Source: Anaeromyxobacteraceae bacterium (GTDB lineage: Bacteria > Myxococcota > Myxococcia > Myxococcales > Anaeromyxobacteraceae). From it: DNA of 64,000 nucleotides. A program made the position numbers and the translations under genes. Shown here piece by piece: positions 34,514-45,800 of this stretch; the stretch's first letter is position 1; each line of letters begins with the position of its first letter. Location: NCBI GenBank assembly GCA_032654565.1, contig JAULAX010000015.1, positions 384,001 to 448,000 of the forward strand, in the 5' to 3' direction. The notes beneath the pieces were generated by a model. That model searched no databases. It was not told the DNA's origin and saw only the letters and a program-made list of their open reading frames with translations.

Positions 34514-37500
34514 TCAGCCCGCGGCGGCCGCCGGCCAGACCAGCCGCTTCGCCACCGGCCGGGCCTTCAGGTAGGCGGAGCCGCCGGCCAGCGCCACCGC
34601 CAGCGTCGCCGCCGCCAGCAGCCAGAGCAGCCAGGCCGGCGCGGTCACGTAGAAGCCGGCCACGCCCACCCCGGCCAGCGCGAACCAGGCCACCTTCTGC
34701 ACCAGCGCCAGCCGCGTCAGCCGCTGCAGCAGCGGCGCGTCCAGCTCGGCCAGCCGCTCGAAGAGCACCTGCTCCTGGCGCCAGTAGGTGTAGATGACCG
34801 GGATGATCTCCAGGGTCAGGAAGGCGCTGGTGAGCAGGCCGCCCACCATGGGGGCGGCGATCCGCTTCATGACGTCGGCCCCCGAGCCGGTGGCCCAGAG
34901 CAGCGGGATCAGGCCGGCCAGCATGGTGGCCACGGTCATCAGCTTGGGGCGCACCCGCTGCACCGTCCCCTCCATGTGGGCCCAGATGATGTCGGAGAGG
35001 TCGCGGATCTTCCCGGCGGCGCGGCGCCGCTCGTAGGCGTTGTCGATGTAGACGATCATGACGATGCCGGTCTGGGCCGCCAACCCCACCAGCGCGATGA
35101 TGCCGATCCAGACCGCGGTGGAGAGGTGGTAGTCGAGCGCCCACATCAGCCAGACGCTGCCGGTCAGCGCGAAGGGGATGCTGAGCAGCACGATCAGCAC
35201 CTCGGTGAAGTTGCGGAAGTGCAGGTAGAGCAGCAGCACGATCAGCAGCAGCGTCAGCGGGATCACCAGCTTCATCCGCTCCGCCATCTTCACCAGCTGC
35301 TCGTACTGGCCGGTCCACTTGAGCAGGTAGCCGGTGGGCATGGCCAGGCGGCCGTCGGCCTGGGCCCGCTGCACGATCTCCTTGGCCTCGTCGACGTAGC
35401 CGCCCACGTCGCGGACCGCGGTGTCGATGTCGACGTAGACGAACCCCACCAGCAGCCCGCCGTCGTCGCGGATCATGGGCGGGCCGCCGGCGATGCGCAC
35501 CTCGGCCACCTGGCCGAGCGGCACGAAGGTGCCGGTGGAGCTGGGGCCGCCGGTGGCCGGGCCCCATCCGGACGAGGGGGCGTCGGAGACGATGGGGGAG
35601 GTGATGGCCAGCGGGTTGCCGCTGGAGGGCTTGCCGGGTCCGGGCGAGCCGGCCGAGGGGGCCCCCATGGTGCTCATGTTCTGCGCCAGCAGGATGCGCG
35701 GCTCCTCCACCGGCTCCAGCGACCCGGTGGTGCCCATGCCGCCGCCCGGCTTGCCGCTGCCGCCCACCGGCACCAGCAGCCGGCGCAGCTGCTCGACGTC
35801 GTTGCGCAGGTCCTGCGGGTAGCGGACGTTGATGGAGAAGCGGTTGCGGCCGTCGACGGTGATGCCGATGGGGGCGCCGCCGATGGCCGCCTCCACCACC
35901 CGGTTCAGGTCGCCCACGGTCAGGCCGTAGCGGGCCAGGGCGTCGCGGTCGGGGATGATGTCCAGGTAGAGGCCGCCGGTGTTCCGCTCGTAGAAGACGC
36001 TGCGGGTCCCGCTGATGGGGCGCAGCAGCCGCTCCAGCTCGATGCCGATCTTCTCGATCTCGGCCAGGCTGGTCCCCATCACCTTGACCCCCACCGGCGT
36101 GCGCACCCCGGTGGAGAGCATGTCGACCCGGCCCTTGATGGGCATGGTGTAGGCGTTGGTCCAGCCGGGGAACTGCATCCTGGCGTTCAGCTCCTCCACC
36201 AGCAGCTCCCAGGTCATCCCCTTGCGCCACTGCTCCTTGGGGCGCAGCCGCACCGTGGTCTCCACCATGGTGAGCGGCGCCGGGTCGGTGGCGGTCTCGG
36301 CCCGGCCCACCTTGCCGAACACCGTCTCCACCTCCGGGACGCTGCGCAGGATCCGGTCCTGCAGCTGCAGCTGCCGCTTGGCCTCCTCGATGGACAGCCC
36401 GGGGAAGGTGGTGGGCATGTAGAGCAGGTCGCCCTCGTTGAGCGGCGGCATGAACTCCGAGCCCAGCCGCCAGGCCAGCGGCACCGCCGAGAGCAGCGCC
36501 AGCAGCCCCATGGCGATGGTGGACTTGGGGCGGCGCAGGGCCACGAAGACGAAGGGCTTGTAGAGCCGGATGATGAAGCGCGAGACCGGGTGCTGCGACT
36601 CCGGCCGGATGCGGCCGCGGATCAGCAGGTCACGCAGCGCCGGGGCGAAGGTGATGGAGAGGACCGCCGCCGACAGCATCACGAAGGTCTTGGTCCAGGC
36701 CAGCGGCTTGAAGAGCTGCCCGGCCTGCCCGGTGAGGGTGAAGACCGGCAGGAAGGCCACGGCGATGATCAGCAGCGAGAAGAAGAGCGCCGGGGTGACC
36801 TCGCGGGCCGCCTCGGCCAGCAGCTTGTGGCGATCGGCGCCGGGCGGGGCGTGCTCCAGCTTCTTGTGGCTGGCCTCGATCATGACGATCTCGGCGTCCA
36901 CGGTGGCGCCGATGGCGATGGCCAGGCCGCCCAGGCTCATGATGGTGGCGGGGATGTCCAGCAGGTACATGGGGATGAAGCTGACCGCCACCGCCACCGG
37001 GATGGAGAGGATGGGCAGCAGCGCCGAGCGGACGTGGAGCAGGAAGAGGATGATCACCAGCGCCACCACGATGGCCTCCTCGATGAGGGCGGTCCGCAGC
37101 GTGGCGATGGAGCGGTGGATCAGGCCGGAGCGGTCGTAGGCGATCTCCACGGTGACCCCGGGCGGCAGCCCGGGCTTGAGCTCGGCCAGCTTGGCCTTGA
37201 CCCGCTCGATGACGTCGAGGGCGTTCTCGCCGTAGCGCATCACCACGATGCCGCCCACCGCCTCGCCGTCGCCGTTCCACTCCAGCAGGCCGCGGCGGAT
37301 CTCCGGTCCGAAGCGCACCTGGCCGACGTCGCGCAGCAGGATGGGCACGCCGTTGGGGCCGCTGGCGCGGATGGCCACCTTCTCCAGGTCGCCGAGCTGC
37401 TGGACGTAGCCGCGGCCGCGCACGTAGTACTCGCGCTCGGAGAGCTCGATGACCCGGCCGCCGACGTCGTCGTTGGAGTCGCGGATGCGGGCGATGACCT

Positions 37501-38113
37501 CGTCCAGCGTCACCCCGTAGGCGCGCAGCCGGGCCGGGTCGACCGTCACCTGGTACTGCTTCTGGTAGCCGCCGACGCTGGCCACCTCCGCCACCCCGGG
37601 CACGCTCCCCAGCGCATAACGGAGCGTGAAGTCCTGGAAGGTGCGCAGCACGTCGAGGCCGTTCTGGCCGGTCTTGTCCACCAGGGTGTACTGGAACACC
37701 CAGCCCACGCCGCTGGCGTCCGGCCCCAGCGCCGGGTTGGCCCCCTGCGGCAGGCGGGCCTGCAGCGACGACAGGTACTCCAGCACCCGGCTGCGCGCCC
37801 AGTAGACGTCGGTCCCCTCCTCGAAGATGACGTAGACGAAGCTCATCCCGAACATCGAGTAGCCGCGCACGTCGGCCACCTTCGGCGCCGAGACCAGCGC
37901 CGAGACGATGGGGTAGGTGACCTGGTCCTCCACCAGCGTCGGCGACCGGCCCATCCACTCGGTGAAGACGATCACCTGCGGGTCGGAGAGGTCGGGGATG
38001 GCGTCCAGCTTGACGTGGCGGATCGACCAGATGGAGGCGGCGCAGGCCACCGCCACCCCGAAGAGGACGAGGAGGCGGTTGCGGGCGCAGAACTCGATGA
38101 TCCTGGAGACCAT
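34514..38113 (-). CDS. cusA: Heavy-metal efflux RND permease (CusA/SilA)
   Basis: DAIPDLSDPQV, LGPDASGVGW, EFMPPLNEGDLLYMPTT and RVRPKLMT motifs. Confidence 0.92.
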   Translation of the reverse strand: MVSRIIEFCARNRLLVLFGVAVACAASIWSIRHVKLDAIPDLSDPQVIVFTEWMGRSPTLVEDQVTYPIVSALVSAPKVADVRGYSMFGMSFVYVIFEEGTDVYWARSRVLEYLSSLQARLPQGANPALGPDASGVGWVFQYTLVDKTGQNGLDVLRTFQDFTLRYALGSVPGVAEVASVGGYQKQYQVTVDPARLRAYGVTLDEVIARIRDSNDDVGGRVIELSEREYYVRGRGYVQQLGDLEKVAIRASGPNGVPILLRDVGQVRFGPEIRRGLLEWNGDGEAVGGIVVMRYGENALDVIERVKAKLAELKPGLPPGVTVEIAYDRSGLIHRSIATLRTALIEEAIVVALVIILFLLHVRSALLPILSIPVAVAVSFIPMYLLDIPATIMSLGGLAIAIGATVDAEIVMIEASHKKLEHAPPGADRHKLLAEAAREVTPALFFSLLIIAVAFLPVFTLTGQAGQLFKPLAWTKTFVMLSAAVLSITFAPALRDLLIRGRIRPESQHPVSRFIIRLYKPFVFVALRRPKSTIAMGLLALLSAVPLAWRLGSEFMPPLNEGDLLYMPTTFPGLSIEEAKRQLQLQDRILRSVPEVETVFGKVGRAETATDPAPLTMVETTVRLRPKEQWRKGMTWELLVEELNARMQFPGWTNAYTMPIKGRVDMLSTGVRTPVGVKVMGTSLAEIEKIGIELERLLRPISGTRSVFYERNTGGLYLDIIPDRDALARYGLTVGDLNRVVEAAIGGAPIGITVDGRNRFSINVRYPQDLRNDVEQLRRLLVPVGGSGKPGGGMGTTGSLEPVEEPRILLAQNMSTMGAPSAGSPGPGKPSSGNPLAITSPIVSDAPSSGWGPATGGPSSTGTFVPLGQVAEVRIAGGPPMIRDDGGLLVGFVYVDIDTAVRDVGGYVDEAKEIVQRAQADGRLAMPTGYLLKWTGQYEQLVKMAERMKLVIPLTLLLIVLLLYLHFRNFTEVLIVLLSIPFALTGSVWLMWALDYHLSTAVWIGIIALVGLAAQTGIVMIVYIDNAYERRRAAGKIRDLSDIIWAHMEGTVQRVRPKLMTVATMLAGLIPLLWATGSGADVMKRIAAPMVGGLLTSAFLTLEIIPVIYTYWRQEQVLFERLAELDAPLLQRLTRLALVQKVAWFALAGVGVAGFYVTAPAWLLWLLAAATLAVALAGGSAYLKARPVAKRLVWPAAAAG

Positions 38114-38116
38114 GGG

Positions 38117-39682
38117 CTACTTCCCGTGCCCTTCGACCGCCGCCCGCAGCCGGCTCTCCGAGTCGAGCAGGAAGTTGGCCTTGATGACCACCTTCTCGCC
38201 CGCCGCCAGCCCCTCCAGCACCGCCACCTTGCCGCCGCCGCTGGCCCCGGTGCGCACCGCCCGCGGCTCGAAGCGGCCGCCGCCGCGGTCGACGAAGACG
38301 TAGCGGTGGGCGCCGGTGTCCACCAGGGCGTCGGCCGGGATCACCACAGCCTCGGCGGCGCCGGTCTCCAGGGTGACGTCGCCGAACATGCCGGGGCGAA
38401 GCTCCATGCGCGGGTTGGCCAGCTCCACCCGGGCCTGCAGGGTGCGGCTGCCGGTGTTGAGCGCCGGGCTGATGAACCCCACCTTGCCGGCGAAGCGCTG
38501 CCCGGGGGCCGAGGTGGTCTCGAAGGTGGCCTTCTGCTGCAGCCGGATGCGAGCCAGGTCGCTCTCGTAGACGTCCACCAGCACCCAGACCGTGGAGAGG
38601 TCGGCGAGCTGGAAGATCTCGGAGCCGGCCTGCACGAAGAGCCCCTTGAGCACGTTCTTGCGGGCCACGTAGCCGCGCACCGGGGCCCGGACCGGCACGG
38701 TCCGCTGCGGCACGCCGGCCTGGACGATGGCCTCGATGTCCTCCGGGGCCACGCCGAACAGCTCCAGCCGCAGCCGGGGGTCGCGCTCCACGTCGGTGAC
38801 CAGCTGGGGCACGCTGGGGCCGGTGGCCTTGGGGCCCGACCACTTGATGGCGTTGAGGAAGACGGTCTGGGCGTTGAGCATCTCCGGGCTGTAGACGGTC
38901 ATCAGCAGCTCGCCCTTCTGCACCAGCTGCCCGGTCTGGGCCACCGCCAGCGACTCCACCCAGCCGGAGTAGCGGGTGCTGACGCTCACCAGCCCGGCCT
39001 CGCTGGCCACCACGAAGCCGACCGCCCGCAGCGAGGTGCCGAGCGGCTCCAGGGCGGCCACCGCGGTCTTCATGCCCATCAGCTGGATCCGCTCGGAGGA
39101 GAGCTCCACCGGCACCAGGCCGGGGACGCCGGCGGTCATGGGCATGGCGGCGGGCATGGGCGACCCGGCGGCCATGGCGGCGCCGGCCGGGGCGGGCGAG
39201 GCGGCGGCGACCCGCGGCACCAGCTTCATCTTGCACTTCGGGCAGCGGGCCTTCGGGTCGGTGGTGACCACCTCCGGGTCCATGGGGCAGGTGAACTCGG
39301 GCGGGCCGGCCGGGGAGGGGGCGGCCAGGGCGTTGCCGGTCGCCATGGCAGGCATGGCGCCCGTCGTCGGCGCGGCGGGGGTCGCGGCCGGGGTGGCCAC
39401 GGTGCCACCCGGCACCAGGTCCATGCCGCAGATCGGGCACTCGCCCTTGTGGTCGGTGACGATCTGCGGGTGCATCGGGCAGATGAACTTCTGCCCCTGC
39501 ACCACGCTCGACGAGGAGCGGGTGGCCAGGTGGTAGCCCCAGGCGCCGGCCGCGGCCAGGGCCATCAGCCCCACCAGCCCCCAGCGCACCAGCGCCATGG
39601 TCCGGGTCCCCGGCGGGGCCTGCTCCTCCCCCTCGGGCATCGCCTCGTGCCCACCCTGGTGCGGCCGCTGGCTCTCGCTCAT
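38117..39682 (-). CDS. cusB: RND periplasmic adaptor with two heavy-metal-binding domains
   Basis: CPMHPQ...CPICGMDL, CPMDPE...CPKCKMKL, YSPEM, LRPGMF and NFLLDSESRL motifs. Confidence 0.9.
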   Translation of the reverse strand: MSESQRPHQGGHEAMPEGEEQAPPGTRTMALVRWGLVGLMALAAAGAWGYHLATRSSSSVVQGQKFICPMHPQIVTDHKGECPICGMDLVPGGTVATPAATPAAPTTGAMPAMATGNALAAPSPAGPPEFTCPMDPEVVTTDPKARCPKCKMKLVPRVAAASPAPAGAAMAAGSPMPAAMPMTAGVPGLVPVELSSERIQLMGMKTAVAALEPLGTSLRAVGFVVASEAGLVSVSTRYSGWVESLAVAQTGQLVQKGELLMTVYSPEMLNAQTVFLNAIKWSGPKATGPSVPQLVTDVERDPRLRLELFGVAPEDIEAIVQAGVPQRTVPVRAPVRGYVARKNVLKGLFVQAGSEIFQLADLSTVWVLVDVYESDLARIRLQQKATFETTSAPGQRFAGKVGFISPALNTGSRTLQARVELANPRMELRPGMFGDVTLETGAAEAVVIPADALVDTGAHRYVFVDRGGGRFEPRAVRTGASGGGKVAVLEGLAAGEKVVIKANFLLDSESRLRAAVEGHGK

Positions 39683-39761
39683 GGTATCGCTCCTCGGAAC
39701 CTAGAAAGCCCCACAATGGCGGGGCGGTCAACGTCGCAGGAGGGGCGAGGCAACCGGCCCC

Positions 39762-39799
39762 AAAAAGAGAACAGGGGCTGCCCTCTCGGGCAACCCCTG
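39762..39799 (-). terminator. Intrinsic terminator after the multicopper oxidase gene
   Basis: Minus strand: CAGGGGTTGCCC-GAGA-GGGCAGCCCCTG (one G:U pair), then TTCTCTTTTT. Confidence 0.8.
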
Positions 39800-39846
39800 C
39801 GCTCACAGGAACCGCGGTCCGGGCCGGGGCCCGGGCGCGGCGGCCG

Positions 39847-42800
39847 CTACGGCGTGACCGTGAAGGCCAGCGGCGCGGAGGCGACCACCACGGCGGTGCC
39901 GACCACCATGGTCTCCGCCGTGACGGTGTAGACGCCGGGCAGCGCCGTCAGCGGGATGGCCCAGCTGTAGGTCGCCAGCGGGGTCGCCGAGCCGAAGGCC
40001 TGGACGATGGTGCTGGTGACGCCGTCGCTGACCGTGAACTGGTAGTCATAGACGGCGGCCAGGGCGCCGCCGCTGCCGGCCGCCGTGAAGTCCACGGTGG
40101 TGCCGACCGCGGCGGTGGTGGCCGGGACGCCGAGCACCGCCGCCGCCAGGGTGACGCCGGTGGCCGGGGCCACGTCGACGGTGTAGGCGAGCGAGGCCGA
40201 GACCACGACCGCGCTGCCGACCACCTTGGCGTCGACGGTGACGGTGTAGGCGCCGGGGGCCAGGTCGAGCGGGACGGCCCAGGCGAAGCTGCCGCCGGCG
40301 ACCGACCCGAAGGCCTGGGAGGCGACCACGGTGGCGCCGCTCGTGACCGTGAACTGGTAGTCGTAGACGGCGGCCAGGGCGCCGCCGCTGGCGGCCGCGG
40401 TGAAGGTCACCGTGGTGCCGGCGGCGGAGCTGGTGGCCGGGACGGCGGCCAGGGTGACGGCGGTGGCCGGGGCCACGTCCACCGTGTAGGGGAGCGAGGC
40501 CGAGACCACGACCGCGCTGCCGACCACCTTGGCCTCCACCGAGACGGTGTAGAGGCCCGGGAGGGTGTCGACGGTGGTGACCATGGTGTAGGTGGCCAGC
40601 GGGACGGCCGCGCCGAAGGGCTGGACCACCGCGCCGTTGACCGAGAACTGGTAGTCATAGACGGCGGCCAGGGCGCCGCCGCTGGCGGCCGCGGTGAAGG
40701 TCACCGTGGTGCCGGCGGCGGAGCTGGTGGCCGGGACGGCCGCCAGGGTGACGGCGGTGGCCGGGGCTACGTCGACGGTGTAGGCGAGCGAGGTCGAGAC
40801 CACGACCGCGCTGCCGACCGCCTTGGCCTCGGCGGTGACGGTGTAGGCGCCGGGAGCCAGGTCGAGCGGGATGGCCCAGGCGAAGCTGCCGCCGGCGACC
40901 GACCCGAAGGCCTGGGAGGCGACCACGGTGGCGCCGCTCATGACCGTGAACTGGTAGTCATAGACGGCGGCCAGGGCGCCGCCGCTGGCGGCCGCGGTGA
41001 AGGTCACCGAGGTGCCGGCGGCGGAGCTGGTGGCCGGGACGGCCGCCAGGGTGACGGCCTTGGCCGGGGCCACGTCCACCGTGTAGGTGAGCGGGGCCGA
41101 GGTCACCGACGCGGCGGTGGGAGCGGTCCGGGCGTCCACCGAGACGGTGTAGGCGCCGGGGGCCTGGTCGAGCGGGATGGCCCAGGTGTAGGTGGCGAGC
41201 GGGATGGCCGCGCCGAAGGCCTGGACCACCGCGCCGTTGACCGAGAACTGGTAGTCGTAGACGGCGCCGGGGGCGCCGCCGGCGGCGGCCGCGGTGAAGG
41301 TCACCGTGGTGCCGGCGGCGGTGCTGGTGGCCGGGACGGCCGCCAGGGTGACGCCGGTGGCGAGCGCCGTGGTCACCACGTACGGGAACGTGGTGGTGGC
41401 GTCGATGTTGGCGCTGGGGCCGGTGCGGACGTCCACCTTGATGCCGTAGGTGCCGAGCACCTGGGCGAGGGGGATGTTCCAGGTCCAGGACGGGTTGAGG
41501 CTGTAGTCCTGCACCAGGGTGAAGGTGGCGCCGTTGGTGATCCAGAACCGGTAGCTGTAGACGGCTCCGGCCGGGGCGCCGCTGCCGGTGGCGGTGAAGG
41601 TCACCGAGCTGCCGGCCGGGGTGCTGGTGGCCGGGGTGGCGGCGACGGCGACGACGGTGGCGGCCGGGACCGGCGTGACCGTGAAGGCCACGGAGCCGGT
41701 GGCGTCGAGGGTGGCGGTCGGGTTGGTCCGGACGTCAGCCACGATGGTGTAGGCGCCGGGGTTCTGCGCCAGCGGGATGGCCCAGGTGTAGGTGTCGACC
41801 AGGCTGTAGTCCTGCGCCAGGGTGTAGGTGGTGCCGTCGAAGATCCAGAACCGGTAGGAGTAGACGGTCCCGACCGGGGCGCCGGCGCCGACGGCGGTGA
41901 AGACCACCGAGGAGCCGGCGGGGCTGCTGGCGGCCGGCAGGGCGGACACCGTCACCGAGGTGGCGGCCGGGAAGAGCCCGGCGCCGGTCAGCGAGACCAC
42001 CTGGCTCGGATTGGCCGGGTCGTTGCTGGCCACGGTCAGCGTGCCCGTGAAGGGGCCGCCGGCGGTGGGGGTGAAGGTGACGTAGATGTTGCAGGTCGAG
42101 CCGGCGTTCAGCGTGGTGCCGCAGTTGCCGCCGCCGGTGGCCCGGGCGAAGGGCCCGGTCACGGTGGTGGCGATGTTCCGCAGCTGGGCGCTGCCGAGGT
42201 TGCGGATGGTCACCACCTTGGCGAGGCTCTTGACGAGAATGGCCTGCGGGCTGAAGGCCAGCGTCGCCTGGTTCAGCAGCGCCACCGGGGTGGCCGGGGC
42301 GGTGCCGAAGCCGGAGAGGGCCGCGGTCTGGGTGGGGTTGATGACCGAGTCGGTCACCACCGACAGGGTGGCGGCGCTGGGGCCGGTGGCGAGCGGCTTG
42401 AAGGCGACGCCGATGTCACAGGCCTGGCCGACCGCCAGGGCGCCGACGCAGCCGTTGGCCACCAGCACGTAGTCGGTGGGGTTGAGGCCGGTGAAGCCGA
42501 CGCTGGCGACGGTGAGGGCGGCGCTGCCGATGTTGGTCAGCGTGAACTGCCGGGTGCCGCTCTGGGTGTTGACCACCTGGTTGGAGAAGACCCTCGAGGT
42601 GGGGTTCAGCTGGGCGATGGGGGCGACACCCGAGGTGGCGGTGGCGGACCAGGCGGAGGCCTCCGGCCAGCTGGCGCCGGGGACGGCGATGCTGGTGAGC
42701 ACCTTCTCGGCGCGGACCCGGTAGTAGTAGGTGACGCCGGCGACGAACGGTCCGGGATCCGAGAAGGTCACCAGGCCGGGCTGCTTGGCCGGGCGCGGCG

Positions 42801-45800
42801 CCGTCATCACGGTGGGGGCGAGGAAGTCGGGCGTGCGGTCACGCTGGACCTGGAAGGTCATGGCGCTCATCGAGTTGTCCTGCCAGCTCAGCATGTTCAC
42901 CGGCTTGGGCATCAGCTGCCGGCTGGCGGTGAGGGCCGAGGGGGCCTCGGGGGCCACCACGAACACCTCGGCGCGCAGCATGTCGTTCTCCTCGTGACCG
43001 AGGAGGTGGCAGTGCCACACGTACTCCTGCCCGAAGTTGAAGAGCTGGTTGGTGACGTTGATGGGGTTGTTGTAGATGTCCACGCCGGTGAACTGGGTGC
43101 GGGTGCCGAGCGGGCGGTCGACGTCGAGCGGCCGGACCATGTCGGGCAGCGGCCAGGGCAGCTTCTGCTTGACCGGCTGGAGGGCGACGTAGATGTCCTC
43201 GAGCTGGTTCATGCGCACCGACTCCTTCCAGCCCAGCTCGTTGGCGTCCGGGGCGCGGATCTGGCCGTCCCAGCCGACGCGGTTGATGATCTGGACGTTC
43301 ATCAGGTGGAAGTGGATGACGTGGGTGTCGACGCCGTTGTGGGTGATCTTCCAGAGCGCCGGCACGTTGTCGCTGATGAACTCGGTGGCCGGGTCGACGT
43401 TGCTGTACGGGATGGTGGTCTGCCCCAGCCAGTTGGTCATGGGGATCTCGACCGCCAGCAGCGAGTTCATCCGGCCGTAGTCGGTGCTGAAGAGCTCGTG
43501 CAGCGCCTTCCACTGGAAGGGCATGGTGACCGGGCCGGCGGCGCCCACCGGGGTGAAGGTCAGCGACTGGACGCTGATGGGCAGGTGGGTGTCGACGGTG
43601 ATGGGGGTGGGGGGCGTGCCGACCGGGGAGCCGGCCGGGACGTACATGTTGCTGAAGACGGTCTGCGGCACGATGGGCTTGAGCTGCGAGACCGGGAAGC
43701 GGGCCTTGAGGGCGGCGTCGATGCGGGCCACCTCGGCGTCATCGAGGGGCGTGGCGGCGACGGCGCCGGCGGCGTTCACCTTGACCTGCATGATGGTGCG
43801 GGTGTTGGGGCCGTAGCCGGGCAGCACCGAGGGGGCGCCGCCGGAGTCGGTCATGTCGGGGCCCCAGGTGAAGTAGTCGGTGCGGGGGTCGCCGGCCGGG
43901 ACCGGGGACGGGGAGTCGCTGTAGAGGATCAGGGTCTTCCCGGCGTACTGCGAGAAGTCCACCACCACGTCGGCGCGCTCGGCGGGGCCGAGCAGCAGGC
44001 TGTGGTCGGAGATGTTGGTGATGACGATGTTGCGCTTGTTCATCTCGTAGACGATGGGCAGCGGGGCCGAGACGGCCACCGCCGGCAGGATGCCTCCCTC
44101 GGTGCCGATCTGGACCCAGCGCGGACCGGCCATGGTGGGATCCGGGACGCCGCCGACGCGGCCGTCGGAGGGCCAGCGGAGCGGGGTGCAGGGGGCGGCC
44201 GGCGGCAGGTCAGGGCCGAACGGCAGGCCGGTGACCTGGCTGAGCGGCGAGGCCGCGTAGGGGTCGCACATCGCCGGCGGCGCGCCCAGCCCGGTGAAGC
44301 CGATGTTGGGCAGGTAGGCGGGCAGCGCCTTGACCATCTTCACCTCGGTGTCGACGAACTGCGGCGCCTCCGGGTCGGTGTAGGCGACGAAGAAGGAGAG
44401 GTTCCAGTAGCGGTCGTTGGCGGCGTTGAGGATCTGGAAGCGGTAGCGGGTCGGGTCGACGGTCATCGTCGGGTAGGCGGTGCCGTTGACGATGGGCGTG
44501 TCGAGGAACCCCTCGGGCGTCAGCGTCGGGTTGGGCGTGCTGGGGCACTCGGTCTGGCCGGTCGGGTTCCTGGGCAGGCCGGTGGCCGGGTCCAGGGTCA
44601 GGTCGACGGCGGCGGTGCTCAGGCAGGGGACGGTGAGCGGACGGGGCTGGCCGTCGAGCGTGGTGAGCGTCTGCTGGGGCGGCCAGAAGAACGGGCCGTA
44701 GTCCCAGCGGCCGTAGGGGTTGGTGGCCGAGCCGTCCGGGTTGGCCAGCCACTGGTTGGGCGTGTAGACGTGCGGCATCCAGACCGAGTCCTCGCCGCCC
44801 CACTTGGCGGAGTCCCAGGTCCGGTCGTACCAGGCCAGCTGCGCCGACGGCGGCACGAAGGTGCGGTCCTGGATGACCAGCGGGATGAGGTGGGTGAGAT
44901 CGGCGCCGGTGGCGGGGTAGGCGGGATCGGGGGTCGAGCCGAAGAAGGCGGAGCCGATGGTGCCGGGGACGCCGGCGGCGGCCAGGGCGTCCTCGTCGGT
45001 CGGGTTGGCCAGCAGGTAGCCGGCGGCCACGCCGGCCATGACGTTGAGCCGGGTGATGCCGTACGCATGGTCGTGGTAGAACATCATCCGGCCGCTCTGC
45101 TCGTTGGGCCAGTAGTAGCTGAGCTGCCCCTCGCCGGGGTTGTTGGAGGCGCCCGGGATGGGGCAGGTCATCTGCTTGGCGCACTCCGGGATCACCTTGC
45201 CGCTGGCGTCGAACCACATGTCCGGGACGTAGGCGACGGCGGCGCCCTTCTTGACCGAGGTGGTCTCACCGGCCGGGACGGTCCACTGGTGCTGCGTGCC
45301 GTCGCTGATCCAGGGCGAGTTGCCGCCGTGCAGGTGGATGGCGACGCGGTTCTCGGTGTAGGGGGTGCCGTCGGGGCCGTCGCCGGCGCCGGGCAGGGTG
45401 GTGTCGACCGGGAGGTTGAGCTTGCCGGCGGCGCCGGTGCCCAGCTCGTTGACGAACTTGAGGCGGACCGGGCGGTAGGACTGGCCGAGGATGATGGGGC
45501 CGAGGAACTGGTTCTGGCCGACGGCGGGGTCGGTGGTGTTGATCTGGTGGAAGCCGCGCTGCTTGGCGGGGTTCTTCAGGTCGGTGTGGAACCGGGTGGA
45601 GTACTCCTTCACGCCGATCTCGTAGTAGTCGTCGCCGGGGAAGGTGGTCGTGTCCGGGACCGCCAGCGGCAGGCACTTGCCGAGGGTGTCGACCTGCCCC
45701 AGGGCGCAGAGCACCGGCAGGGTGTCGACGAACTTGCGGATGCCGGTGCCGGCCGCGGCCGGGCCGGTGCAGGTGGCGCCGCCCGGGTAGGTCTGGGCGC

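Noticed and set aside
39847..41960. Oxidase repeats as DGR template/variable repeats
   Set aside because: No reverse transcriptase is present, differences are not adenine-specific, and the repeats are in-frame domain duplications.
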